The position numbers and the translations under genes are program-made. From Squalus acanthias (taxonomy: Eukaryota), in contig CM059432.1 in the NCBI GenBank assembly GCA_030390025.1, positions 92,506,001 through 92,570,000 of the forward strand: a DNA stretch of 64,000 nt. The letters are read 5' to 3'. Each line of letters opens with the position of its first letter. The first letter of the stretch is position 1. The notes beneath the pieces are model-generated. The model was not told the origin of the DNA. It was given only the letters and a program-made list of their open reading frames with translations, and made no database searches. Below, in pieces: positions 38,707 through 51,748 of the stretch.

Positions 38707-39440
38707 CTAGACAAAAACAAAACATATAATTTGTATGATTTTTTAACAGGCTTCATAGAACTGCTAAAGTTTACACACAAAACATAAACAAGAGGATACT
38801 AGACATGTGTATAAGTCCTCATAAATTCTTCTATTTTTTTAGGGTGGAACATATAACAAATGTGATCAACAATCCTTACCTTGATACCAGAATCTAATTT
38901 TGTACCCTTTCATATTAGAATTACTAAACAGTGATTTTTATATTTGGAACAATTTAATGTTTTGGAGGTAAACTGACATTTTTACACCAGCAATCACTAT
39001 ACATACTGTTACTATATTCACTTTACAGCATCCACCACAAAGATTAGAAAGTAACCATCACGACTACCTGGGGTATAATCCAGATAACATCAATAAGGTA
39101 TCATGAGATTTTACATGCAAAAAGGAACAAACGTACCATCTTTGTGGCTTTGTCCACAAAGCAGTGGCAAGTGCCCTAATGATATATTCTTCAGAACTCT
39201 GTCATACAAGTATAATAGGAAATTATGCTCATCATGAGATTTTGATTTCATCAGTTAGGGAGGATACTTGGGTTTTTGTCAGATTTTCAATGTACCTTTT
39301 GACTGCACTGTTTGCTGCACAGGTCAGTCTCATTACAAAACGGCAGCCTCTCACAGCTGATAATATCACACTATCACTCCATTTCTGTGTGGTGTGCTAC
39401 CACTAATGTGAAACTGTTAAACCACAAAAGTGACTGCTGT

Positions 39441-39759
39441 ATCACAGAATCCCCACAGTGCAGATAGAGGCCATTTCGGCCCATCGAGCCTGCACCGACA
39501 CATATCCCACCCTATCCCCATAACCCGTAACCCCACGTATTTAATCCCCCTAACACTAAGGGTCAATTTATCATAGCCAAATCAACCTAACCCGCACATC
39601 TTTGGACTGTGGGAGGAAACCGGAGCACCCGGAGGAAACCCACGCAGACATGGGGAGAATGTGCAAACTCCACACAGACAGTCACCCGAGGCCGGATTCG
39701 AATCCGGGTCCCTGGCGCTGTGAGGCAACAGTGCTAACCACTATGCCACCGTGTTCCCC
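39441..39759 (-). mobile_element. HE1-like V-SINE, full length
   Basis: tRNA head, V-domain gtggagtttgcacattctcccc...gtgggtttcctccgggtgctccggtttcctccca, CR1-derived tail gggccgaaatggcct. Confidence 0.9.
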
Positions 39760-39994
39760 AAGTGTAGTGTCTGTGCCCATAATTACCGGGTGGTTCCAGT
39801 GCAGAGAGGTTTGAGTAAGCTCATGCAGGATGGACATGGGGAGCACAGAACTATAAATAGATCTATGATAATCCGGTACATAATCATGTGAGTTTTGTTT
39901 TACGGGTGTCAATGACATAAAAATTTCATTTGACACTACGTCAAATAAATACTTTGCACGAACACTATATTTACAAACGATGACATTTAGCATA

Positions 39995-40300
39995 CTAGTT
40001 TCCAGTAGCCACTGCTGCTCTAGTGGCACTACAGTTAACCTCAATGTCCCTAGGCTTGAGATGGGGGTTGGGGGTAAATCAGCCAGGTTCCTATTCCTGA
40101 TCACGGCCTCTGCTGAACGTGTGCCTGTAGACTTAAGGCGCAGACAAAAATCGGGCTTCATTCTGATACCCCTTCAAAGCCATGCAGCCGACCAACAAAT
40201 ATTACACAAGCTTACAGCTGACAGATGGCCTTGGGCAAGGCTGCTAGTGCCTCTGGAACCATACAACAGCAACTGTCACCACCTTTAGGAATGTGGGAGA
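39995..40300 (+). mobile_element. Ancient SINE body (MER131-like family)
   Basis: aaatcagccaggttcctattcctgatc...gatggccttgggcaagg...ggaaccatac. Confidence 0.5.
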
Positions 40301-40329
40301 GAGAAGAATCAAAAGCTCCTTGTTGTGTC

Positions 40330-40615
40330 TCTCCGAAACATCTCAATGTGCTTCACACAGAATGAATTATTTTGAAGTGTTTACCCAACTGTTTTTGGTG
40401 ATGTTGGTTGAAGGGGGTCTGGACACCAGCCATCACGCTGTTCTTCAAATAACATTCACCTGAACCATCAGATCAGGAAATGGGGCATTGCTGTAACACA
40501 GGACAGCATGTCCTATAATGTAGTTCTCCCTCGGTATTACAATGTAATGTTAACCTAGATTACATGCTCCAGTCCTGGAGTAGGATTGAATCCTCAACCT
40601 TCTGACTTAGAGGTG
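40330..40615 (-). mobile_element. Degenerate SacSINE1-like copy
   Basis: Similarity to 1732-2160 (caaccttctgactt head). Confidence 0.55.
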
Positions 40616-41699
40616 ATGTTTTTTGACTTAGTTGGTAACACTAAGTCAAAAAACAAGTGAGATGGTTTTGCCAGAAATTGATTCCATGGCAGATGACAGT
40701 TTTACTGTATCATTAATGCACAGATGAAAGAAAGCTGGAAAGAAATACAAGTATGCACTATAGCTGTATAGATATTGAATAAAGTAAACCCTTTGCAGAG
40801 AAATAGGAACAACTGCCGTCACTGACCAAATGTAAAGATTTGGCAAGTGTTTTCTTGGTATCCTATGATTAAGATCTGAATTATTATGGCTTAACATTGG
40901 ATGTCATATCATTTGGAGTCATTGCAGGCCTCCATTTAGTTGCCCTTATGGTTACACCAATGGTATTGTACATTTCATTTGCCAGCTAAATATCCTCATC
41001 CAGTTACAGGCACTTTGGTTCAAAACAACCTGCACAGTTCATGTGGTTTGACACCAATATTTTGTTAACCTGATTACTAACCTTTTTATTTAGCCAAGCA
41101 TTCCTAGACAAAATTAACTTTGGAGACACTAACATTTTTTTAAATAGACATAGTTAATTTCCCATGGCAATGCTCAGAGACAATTTTACAAAAAACATAT
41201 TTATATAGATTACTAGAGGACCTTCTGTGGCTTGCTCTCGGTTACACTGTGCCACATACAATGCATTAGCAGGATCACTGACTTACAGTGACTGATGTCA
41301 AATTGAGTTTTTATTTCATAGCATTCTAGGGCTTTTGCCTCTGTTCTGAGCACCAAATTCCATGACTGTCCATTTCTTCTTTGAAAATAAGAAATTAGTG
41401 ACTTGGATTATAAGTTCCTTTATTTTCTTTTTCAAAACTCTGGGTAGACAGAAGATGGTAGGGCAAAATGCAGCACATTGGTAGATATGTAGAGTTTAGT
41501 AGTGGTGTGCAGGGTGAGGTGGTGGTTTTTAAGAATAGTTATGGGTGGTGCTGAGTTTGGGTAGCATTGGGGAACGGTTTTGGCAAATGGTAGCATTGTG
41601 GAGGGAGAATACTGGGGGTTAGAAGCACTGGGGTATTTGGTTTTACTGAGTGATGCCTGGGGTCTGACAATAGTGGAGAGGGGATGTCAGCGTCTGAGT

Positions 41700-42310
41700 A
41701 GAGACTTGGGCTTTTCAGGCTGGAACAGAGGTGTCTCAGAGATGATTTTATAAGATATATAAGATTGTAAATGGCATGTAAAAGGTTAATTAGGAACACT
41801 ACTTTAAATTAAACTGTGGAAGTAGGACAAGGGACACAGATTCAAACGAGTAAAAGGTATGGTATCAGGAGGTTCTTCACTCAGTGATCAGTCTTTAAAA
41901 GAACCAAAGGCGACATGAGGAAAAACTTTTTTACGCAGCGAGCGGTTAGGATCTGGAATGCACTGCCTGAAACGGTGGTGGAGACAGACTCAATTGTGGC
42001 TTTCAAAAGGGAATTGGATAAGTACTTGAAGGAAAAAAATTTGCAGGGCTACGGGGAAAGGACGGGGGAGTGGGACTAGCTGAAGTGCTCTTGCAGAGAG
42101 CCGGCACGGACTCGACGGGCCGAATGGCCTCCTTCTGTGCTGTAACCATTCTATGATCAATGCTTGGAATGGATTTCCGAGCAAAGTGGTAGAAGCAAAA
42201 ACCATGGAATCATTTAAGAAACAACTAGATGGGGGGGGGGGGGAGGGAAGTGTAGGGTTGTTCTGGATGGAGGAATTAAGATGGGCCAAATGGCCTTCCT
42301 CATCTGTAAG
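41700..42310 (+). mobile_element. Younger CR1 3' end (41895-42157) nested in an older CR1 tail
   Basis: Matches 31340-31515; tail aaccattctatgat; older CR1 on both sides. Confidence 0.75.
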
Positions 42311-43360
42311 TATCTTGTGAGATGCAGCTGGGAGGTCTCAGATATAAGTAAACAACTACATCACCTGCTTGGGATCACTCAGAGAGCCATAGACGTTTAC
42401 AGCACTGAAACTTCAGTCTATCATATTTGTCTGTTCTTATTCCCGTTGTTATTGTACGTGAAAGAGAGAAAACAATAAAAAAGCAGAGCCTCACTTCAAA
42501 TTGACAGACTGTAATGACTACACCCCTGTGGTAACTTTTATGTTCAAATTAGAAACAATACAGAATTGAAGTTAGATTGTGCTGTGCATATTTCTGTTTG
42601 TGCCTTTTTGAAAATGTATTCAAATTGGATGGTGAATTTGAATCGGCTTTCAACTAAACTTTTAAATAAAAGCTATTAACTTTATTTTTTAATTTCAGAA
42701 AAGGAGTCAAGCTGAGAGACAGAGACAATGTCCCATTGTTTACATTTAAACACTACTTACATGAGATTTGTTAATCCAGCTGCTAATTAGTTCCTGCTAA
42801 GTGGAAAATAGCAGCTGTGCAAGGTCATTTTTTTGGATACAAAAATTGCTGACTGAATTTTACTGTTTGAAAACAAAAATTAACTTTATTAAAATAGCCA
42901 TGTTGCTTATTTACTGTTCCAGTGAGGCAGAGACACATCTCTATATTTATTTATGCAGTTGTGATATTTATCTAAAGAAAATAGTATTTTTCTGGTAACT
43001 AATCACGAAACAATGAATTCAATGCCACTGTCAAACCCAGGAACCCCCCCTTCAACAATGGTGTCAGACCTTTACCCGCCCCACTATTGTCAATTCCTGG
43101 GAACCAAACCCCACATTCGACCCACCAAGTTCTACCAAAGCACAAGTTTCCCCGCTAATGAGCTGCTAAATCACAGAACTCCCAAATCCGGGATCCTCAC
43201 TCTAGTGCTGTCTCCAAATCAAGATCTGTCCCCCCGCAAACCATTGCTGCTAAATCCTATGACGCCATCTCCCTCCTTGGCACGGCTAAACAAAAGGTAC
43301 CTACCTACCTCATACAATCTTACTGTATTTTTGGCTTTAAAAAAGGTAAGGAATAAAAAT

Positions 43361-43382
43361 TATATATATATATATATATATA
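43361..43382. repeat. (TA)n microsatellite
   Basis: Direct reading. Confidence 0.9.
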
Positions 43383-43639
43383 AATTAAGGACATCAATTG
43401 AATGGATCTAACATAATCAAGGCCACTGATTTAGTTTTCAGCCCCCAAAACGCTAATAAAACTCCCAGAATACCATGAAATAAGGTAGAATTTGACTAAT
43501 TCAGTCATCATAAATCAGTGACCATGATAATACATGTATGTTACATAGCATAACACCCCACATGTTATAAAACAACATATTCTCTGACTCACCTTAACCA
43601 TCACCACAGGAGATCAATTAGTGTAATATATATATTTTT

Positions 43640-44610
43640 TTAATTTATTCATTCACGGGGCATGGGCGTCACAAAGCCAGCATTTATTGCCCATCCCTAA
43701 TAGCCCTTGAGAAGGTGGTGGTGAGCCGCCTTCTTCAACCGCTGCAGTCCATGTGGTGAAGGTACTCCCACAGTGCTGTTAGGGAATTCCAGGATTTTGA
43801 CCCAGTGATGATGAAGGAACAGCGATATATTTTCAAGTCAGAATGGTGTGTGACTTGGAGGTGGTGGTGTTCCCATGCGCCTGCTGCCCTTGTCCTTCTA
43901 GGTGGTAAAGGTCACGGGTTTGGGAAGTGCTGTCGAAAAAGCCTTGGCGAGTTGCTGCAGGGCATCTTGTAGATGGTAGACACTGCAGCCACGGTGCGCC
44001 AGTGATGGAGTTAGTGAATATTTAAGATGGTGGATGGGATGCCAATCAAGTGGGCTGCTTTGTCCTGATTGGTGTCGAGCTTCTTGAGTGTTGCTGGAGC
44101 TGCACTCATCCAAGCAAGTGGAGAGTAGTCCATCACACTCCTGACTTATGACTTGTAGATGGTGGAGAGGCTCTGGGGAGTCAGGAGGTGAGTCACTCGC
44201 CTCAGAATATCAAGCCTCTGACCTGCTCTTGCAGCCACAGTATTTATGTGGCTGGTCTAGTTAAGTTTCTGGTCAATGGTGACACTGCCCAGGATGTTGA
44301 TGGTGGGGGAATTCGACGATGGCAATGCCACTGAATGTTAATGGGAGGTGGTTAGACTCTCTCTTGTTGGAAATGGTCATTGCCTTGCACAAATGTTACT
44401 TTCCACTTACTAGCCCAAGCCTGAATGTTGTCCAGGTCTTGCTGGATGCGGGCACGGACTGCTTCATTATCTGAGGAGTTACGAATGGAACTGAACTTTG
44501 CGCAATCAGCGAACATCCCCACTTCTGACCTTGTAATAGAGGGAAGGTCATTGATGAAGCAGCTGAAGAGAAGGTTGGGCCGAGTTACTGCCCTAGGAAC
44601 TCCTGCAGCA
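43640..44610 (-). mobile_element. 5'-truncated copy of the tRNA-headed LINE family (RT C-terminus and tail)
   Basis: Colinear with 51749-52550, and includes a segment missing from that copy. Confidence 0.85.
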
Positions 44611-44909
44611 ATATATATTGTTTTAGCTAGTGCTGCAATTTAGATTACACAGTGAACAGCCCTAAATGAAAAAAGGAATGGTTTGTTATTGGTCACTAAA
44701 AATACGATTTGGCTACTTTGATTGACAACCAATAATTCCAATTGGAAGCCAGTGGCCACAGTTTGAAAATGAAGCATTGGGTCACCATCTTGAAGCACTG
44801 GGGGTGGGATGCTGTTGAAAATAAGTACTGATCTTGTAATGTGGACAAAGACAAGCCACTAATGCAGGAGACAGATATTCAGAATTGAAATCTGAGGCCT
44901 TTTCTACCA

Positions 44910-45040
44910 TTCTGAAAAAGAGTCTGCACCTGAAACATAAACCTGTCTGCTCTTTCCACAAATGCTGACTGATATACTGTGTTTCCAGCACTTCCTGTTT
45001 TTGTTTTACATTTCCACCATCTGCAGTATTTTTCTTTATA
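44910..45040 (+). mobile_element. Degenerate Penelope terminal fragment (family of 24184-24387)
   Basis: ctgaaac...ccacaaatgctg...tttccagca...catctgcagtattt. Confidence 0.55.
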
Positions 45041-46401
45041 CTTTTTCTAGCATATTGCATGACTTTCCTTACACAACTAAGTTACACCTCTTCACACTAT
45101 AAATGTATAAAACAATAGTGGCATGCGTAACAAAATAAGCAGTTTAAGTCCCAGGAATGCCTGTCATTTAAACTTATATCAATCAAGTGAGTTTCATTTA
45201 ATCGGTTTTTAGCCAAATTTAGAGGAAGCAACAAAAAAAAGATTGTTGGCAGTTGGCTTTTTTGAATTTCTCCAGCCAGTTGTGGACGGTCATCATCACC
45301 AACTGAAGAGCAGTTTGCATCCCTGCCCTCTTGCTTAGATGCGGCAGTGGTGCACTGCCTACACAGAGACTAAATATGGGGAGAATATTTTACATTAGTT
45401 TTATTTAAAGAACTGCAACTTTATCACAGTAACTGAAAATAGAAACGATCATTCCAGAACATTATTTAAAGCAAATAACATGATAATCAGTGGGCCCAAC
45501 CCAGCACTTTTTCTGGCACCAGAAGGATATCCCATATATATTAGGATCAACACTCTGAAACATAGATGAAGTTTTGTTTCTTCCCATCGGCAGGATTTAT
45601 AGGGAGAGGCAAATGATAGGTTGCTGAAGGCATAGTAATCTTATCTAACTCCCCATCATTACAGTCAGGCACCAAATCCTTAATCTCCCAAACAACCAGG
45701 GCTCCCTATGTTTAAGTGTTAAACAGTCGAGCACCTCCCAGCCAAACATACACGGGATTAAACTGTCGACTGTGTCTGGCGTTTGATTCAAACTTCAAGT
45801 ACTTTGCTTTTGAACAATTCCTCTGAACTCTAAACCAAACACATCGAGGCCAAGCCCTTATCTTGACTGCACTTCTGCTGTACTTTCTCATAGTACCCGC
45901 TGCATAAAACTAGCCTGCTGTCTGAGCTCTTAGGATGCTTTCAGGCATCAAGCAAAGGGCAATTAGATCTGTTTCCACAACTGAGAGTTAGGATGCACAA
46001 TAAAGGTTTTTCTTTTAAGGGGGCTTAACATCTCTTCCAGACATTCTCTAAACATTTCCAGAGTGTTCAGTGGTACTGCAGTGGAAAGAAACCATAGCAA
46101 GTTATTTAAAACAAATGGATAAAAATATGCTTGGAAGTGAGTTATTTAAAAATCACTCCTAAGCATATTTTTATTCATTTGTTCTATATGTGAGCTTTTA
46201 TTTGTAACCAGTACAGCTGCACTCTTTATTCTATTGCCAATTTCAATACTATTTCAAGAGGTTCAGCAGTATTCCAACCGTTGTCTGTAACACAGCTATG
46301 TTACACCACTTCACAATATAAATTTATAAGAGATGCATAGAAAAAAAATAGGAGCAGGAGTAGGCCATTCGGCCCTTCGAGCCTGCTCTGCCATTCAATA
46401 T

Positions 46402-46585
46402 CATGATGCGGAGATGCCAGGTGTTGGACTGGGGTGGACAAAAATGAGAAGTTGCACAACACCAGGTTATAGTCCAACAGATTTATTTGTACCTTTACCT
46501 GACGAAGGGGCAACAGCTCCGAAAGCTTGTAACTTTAAATAATTCTGTTGGACTATAACCTGGTGTTGTGCGACTTCTCATTTTT
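46402..46585. mobile_element. Penelope-like fold-back mini-element
   Basis: 42-bp inverted arms 46440-46481 / 46544-46585; flanking direct repeat attcaatat at 46393-46401 and 46586-46594. Confidence 0.8.
46495..46532 (+). ncRNA. Minimal type I hammerhead ribozyme motif
   Basis: ttac-CTGACGA-a-ggggc(aaca)gctcc-GAAA-gc-TT-gtaa: stem I ttac/gtaa, stem II, palindromic AAGCTT stem III. Confidence 0.65.
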
Positions 46586-49500
46586 ATTCAATATAATCAT
46601 GGCTGATCCTCTATCTCAATACCATATTCCCGCTCTCACCCCATACCCCTTGATGCCTTTTGTGTCTAGAAATCTATCGATCTCCTTCTTAAATATATTC
46701 AGTGACTTGGCCTCCACAACCTTCTGTGGTAGAGAATTCCACAGGTTCACCACCCTCAGTGAAGAAATTTTTCCTCATCTCAGTCCTAAATGTCCTACCC
46801 CGTATCCTGAGACTGTGACCCCTCGTTCTAGACCCCCCAGCCAGGGGAAACATCCTCCCTGCATCCAGTCTGTTTAGCCCTGTCAGAATTTTATACGTTT
46901 CAATGAGATCTCCTCTCATTCTTCTAAACTCTAGTGAATACAGGCCTAGTCGACCCAATCTCTCCTCATACGACATTCCTGCCTTCCCAGGAATCAGTCT
47001 GGTGAACCTTCGCTGCACTCCCTCTATGGCAAGTATATCTTTTCTTCGGTAAGGAGACCAAAACTGCACACAGTACTCCAGGTGTGGTCTCACCAAGGCC
47101 CTGTATAACTGTAGTAAGACATCCTTGCTCCTGTACTCAAATCCTCTTGCAATGAAGGCCAACATACCATTTGCCTTCCTAACTGCTTGCTATGTTTGCT
47201 TTCAGTGACTGGTGTACAAGGACACCTAGGTCCCTTTGTACATCAACATTTCCCAATCTATCACCATTTAAATAATACTCTGCCTTTCTGTTTTTCCTAC
47301 CGAAGTGGATAGCTTCACATTTATCCACGTTATACTGCATCTGCCATGTATTTGCCCACTCACTCAACTTGTCTAAATCGCCTTGAAGCCTCTTTGCATC
47401 CTCCTCACAACTCACAATCACACCTAGTTTCATGTCGTCAGCAAACTTGGAAATATTACATTTGGTTCCCTCATCCAAATCATTGATAGAAATTGTCAAT
47501 AGCTGGGGCCCAAGCACTGATCCCTGCGGTACCCTACTAGTCACCGCCTGCCACCCCAAAAAAGACTCATTTATTCCTACTCTCTGTTTCCTGTCTGTTA
47601 ACCAATTTTCAATCCATGCCAGTATATTACCCCCAATCCCAAGATGCATAATTATATTTGCACAAGATATGTAAACAAAATTTACCAATATAAAATATAT
47701 TATCCAAAAACCTTGCCCAAACTAACGCAGCACACCTACAATGCTCAAAACGGGTACTGTAACATTTTAAATTTGGAATATGACAAGAGTAATTAAAAAG
47801 ATCTATCACCAACTTCTAATTGCCAGAAAATTCATAAATAAAATTTATTTCATTTCCACAAGAAATTTGCAACCTATATAAGTAACAAGGCAGTTATTCT
47901 TGTATGGGAATAGTTTATAGCTGGTTTAATCAAGATTTTAAGGGAAAAATCTGGAGAAAAATAAAATTCTGACAGCAACAACTAATAGGCAAAGGATATT
48001 CGATTTACTTTAATTGCCACATGCACACATATTGTTTTGCATTTTCCTCCCTTCTATGCCACACTCCTGACTGCCTTAGCGATTCTTTGAATATTTCTTT
48101 TTAAAACATTCGCTGATGTCATTGTAAAGTGAGTCAGAGAGGATATAAAGGAAATGGAAAGTGGAAAACAAACAGAAAAACAGAGGGGCAAACAGAATCA
48201 GAGTGGAAGAAAAGCAAAGACATTTATAGGAAGGGAGCGAGACAGATCAATTTACAAATTCCAATTCCAATAATGTAAATTTTTATAACGAACACTAAAA
48301 CCTGGGCAGGTTAGATTAATAAGCAGAAGTGTGTTATTTAACCAGGTCCTGTAGAGAAGTTCAAGACAAGGTGCAAAGAACCTTCAGCTAGGGAAAAAAA
48401 TTGAACTGGCACAAGTCTTGGAGCTTTATACAATGGAAGAGACCATATATCACTGTTTAACTGCAATGGCATCATGACATTTTAGTGTGTATGCTCAGCA
48501 CATGGCTTCCCCAGAATCTATTATGCGAGGCTGTACAACTAGGGCTTGGGGAAGATTCAGAATGAGAAAAATAATTTAATTTTCAGCCTTGCAGCCACTC
48601 AGAGGGTGGTGACCCTGTGGAATTCTCTACTGCAGAAGGTTGGAATGACAAAGTTTTTAAACTTTTACATATGTTTATATGCTTGCTATAGTTCTGCTTA
48701 GTCATTGTTCCCTTCATTTAATTTCTGATAAATGCCTAGTGCGCACTTTTAATCATCGCAGCTAGGCCTACGACATGGCAATTAGAGTCAAACTAAGATC
48801 ACTGCTGCGCCGTATAACAAATTTTGCACATTTCTTCAATTTAGACTGCCCTCAACTCATGTTGAAGTATCAGTGCTAGTCCATGAGCTCTTGTATTCTG
48901 CTAGTATAACCTCTTGTATTAAAGGAATGGCATTTTTCAGCCAGCAGCAGGGTAGCTGCTTCAAGATTCATGATCAGAGTGAACTTGAACAGAGCTCTCC
49001 AAGTAGAGTTTAGGTAACAACGACTGTAACATCACCTATACAGTGATCAAATATGGTCAGAACAAACTGTTCTTTCCTTTTGTTGTAGTACTCCAAATTA
49101 GGTCTCGCATCTGATTTCTTCATGATGAAGGGTCACAAAGGGGTCATCTTTTGTTGGCTTTATTGTGGGGGCCTACTTCTTGTATCAGTGGAAAGTAGTA
49201 TTAGATTTAAAAATTCAATGCACAAAATCAGTCAGCAGAATACAACAACAAAGAGTTGCATTACTTAACCCGAGGAGAACTGCAGTAGCATTTAAAGCAT
49301 ACGGTCAACGGATAAATACGTTTTGGCTCCATACAGGATTCCAATTCTACTGCATAATTTTAAAACTAGAAAATCATTCCTGCAGATTTTGAATGTTATT
49401 TTTACTTAAGCATTTTACAGCTGACCACCAAAAGGCCAGCGAGGGCCTATATCTAGTGCTTCTCGTGTGGGAGGAGCGTCTGGCTTCCCCCTCAGCATTT

Positions 49501-49714
49501 CCCACAGTGATGCAGGTAAAACTGGGAAATGACTACGTGGAGATAGTGCAGATCTGCATCAATGAGATTAACGTGCTAAGTCACTATGTCCTCTCATAGA
49601 AGCCCTATGTAAAAACAGTTGTGCTTTGATAAAGCTACAGTTTATTCAGCATAAAGAATTAAACAGTAATAATGATACAAACCATTAAGATAAATTTGCA
49701 TACAGCAGTTAAAG

Positions 49715-50105
49715 ATTGCTGCCTCAGTGGCTCAGTTGATAAGTGCGACTGCCAAATGAGCAGTGGACTTGATCCCCAGCATGTGCTGAATTAGCTGATC
49801 TCTGCTGGGGGGGGGGGGCAGTGGTAGAACTGCTACCAAAGTTCTCTGCATATCCTGGCGAGGGAAGAGTTTCCTCTCCGACCCAGTTACTCTTGCTGGA
49901 AAGTGTGGCGTGTGGACGTCCAGTAAGGACAGGGTTTGGCTCAGTTGTGATGGCCCCACCATGGTTAATGAGTACACGCACTGTCTAGATTCACAGATGA
50001 AGAATGGATGGTTCATTGAGACACTAGAGGTACCCAGTGTCCTTGAGACTGTACCTCGGCATGAGTCAGCACCTTCAGGACAGAAATCAAGAAAAGTGGA
50101 GGGGA
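49715..50105 (+). mobile_element. Ancient SINE (MER131-like family), near full length
   Basis: Head tggctcagttga; body gctggaaagtgtg...gtggacgtc...aggacagg...atgaagaatgg...gagtcagcaccttcagga. Confidence 0.6.
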
Positions 50106-50969
50106 AAAAATGCCCCTTGGTAAGATGGCATTCTTCACTTTCACAACTTTACAACATTGCCATAAAAACCAATTGCAACAAATAATCAGAAAATCATAGA
50201 ATTTTAAAGCATAACAACAGATCTCTTGGACCATCAACTCTGTACCAGTGTCTTTCTCCACATAAGCCACTTAGTCTAATTCCACTCTCCTACTTGCTTT
50301 ACATACCCTTTAATATTCCGAAATAAACAGTCCAAAATGTGCCTCAATATAAAATAGAGTATCTAGTGGCAACTGCACCACCTTAGGTGTGTTCTGTAGG
50401 GTTTGTGTGTTTCTTGAAAGAGCATCTCTTCTGTCTCAAGATACCCAATTTGGGTAACATAACCTTTTTCCACCATGTTAAACTGCACTAGAAACTGTCC
50501 AGCTGGTTGGGTGCACAGCTGGAAATAACAAGGATTGTTCATTTCACCTCTTGTCTGGCAAATCAAATAGACTACGAAAAGGTTCTTCATTAAATATATG
50601 ACATGAATTCAGTGAAGAAGTAACAACCTATGCGACTGTCAGTACATATAAAGCTCAACAAAAGACGATGTTGCAATGGGTCAAATGACTGAATCAAATA
50701 TGGCCACGGATTCCTAGTAACCTGTTGCCATATGAAAGAATGCTCTAATGCTAACAAGCTCTTCAAAAAATGGTGTTTTTATGGATTACCTTATTTCCCC
50801 CCTAAAAAGAGTTGGGTCATTTGCATTGTAGAGTTTGCTGCAGATCAGTAATAGCAGGGGTGGGGAAGGAAGGGGAAGCTGTGCATTACTACAAGTAAAA
50901 CTATACACTACATAGGGAATATTGGGGACAGGAATGCATTAAAGAGAACAAATATGAGTTGAAGAGTTA

Positions 50970-51075
50970 TCAGAGATAGAGCAGGGGAATGGGACTGACT
51001 GGATTGCTCTACAGAGAGCCGGCACAGACTCGATAGGCCGAATGGCCTCCTTCTGTGCCGTTATGACTCTATGAC
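50970..51075 (+). mobile_element. CR1 3' tail fragment
   Basis: gggactgactggattgctct...ggccgaatggcctccttctgtg...tctatg. Confidence 0.7.
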
Positions 51076-51748
51076 TCGAAACATTTAACAAGGCAAATAT
51101 TACCAGTCGAGCAATACTGATCTTCCTATGAGCTGGTGTTGCCACCAACACTTGGGTTTGCTGGGATGTGAACAGGGATGTAGGTCAAATTGGAGAACAA
51201 ACCATGCGGCACTGCAGTACCACAGTATTTGATTCTTAATGATTCAGATGGTAGTTTACAGTTTTCCCAGAGTATAGGATTACTGGTGCACAATGTCCAG
51301 GTGATAATTTACTTAAATATAAACTACCCTGTACTACTTTTACAAACTTTTCAAAACATCGCTTTATGTGCCTTTAGATACCTAATGAAATTCCATCCAC
51401 CTCTAGAATAAAAAGACAACAAAGCATATTTGTTTTGATTGAAAGATTTCAGCACATGAAACTAAAATACACAAGAGAAAAGGAATGCAATCTAACATGC
51501 CAAACGTGCCTGTTAGACCCTTTCCCCCAGGTTAGGCTCCGCTACAAATCAAGCAGCAAGGGGACAAGCCTTAGCAGAGAGTGAAGAATTCCTAGATAAA
51601 TCAAGTTAATATTTGCTTAATATAGAAGTTGCCCAGTTGCTAAGTTAAATACGTAGCAAGTTTGAATTAAACAGAGCAGCTCCCCTGATGGGTAAATGCA
51701 ACTCATGCTGTGATACGAAGACATACAGCCCAGAATAGCAAGGGAGCT

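Larger units (their letters stand above)
46335..47645 (-). mobile_element. CR1 LINE 3' ~1.3 kb (RT) with a Penelope insertion in its tail
   Basis: VPQGSVLGP, INDLD, FADDMKLG, LVRPHLEYCVQFWSP. Confidence 0.92.
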
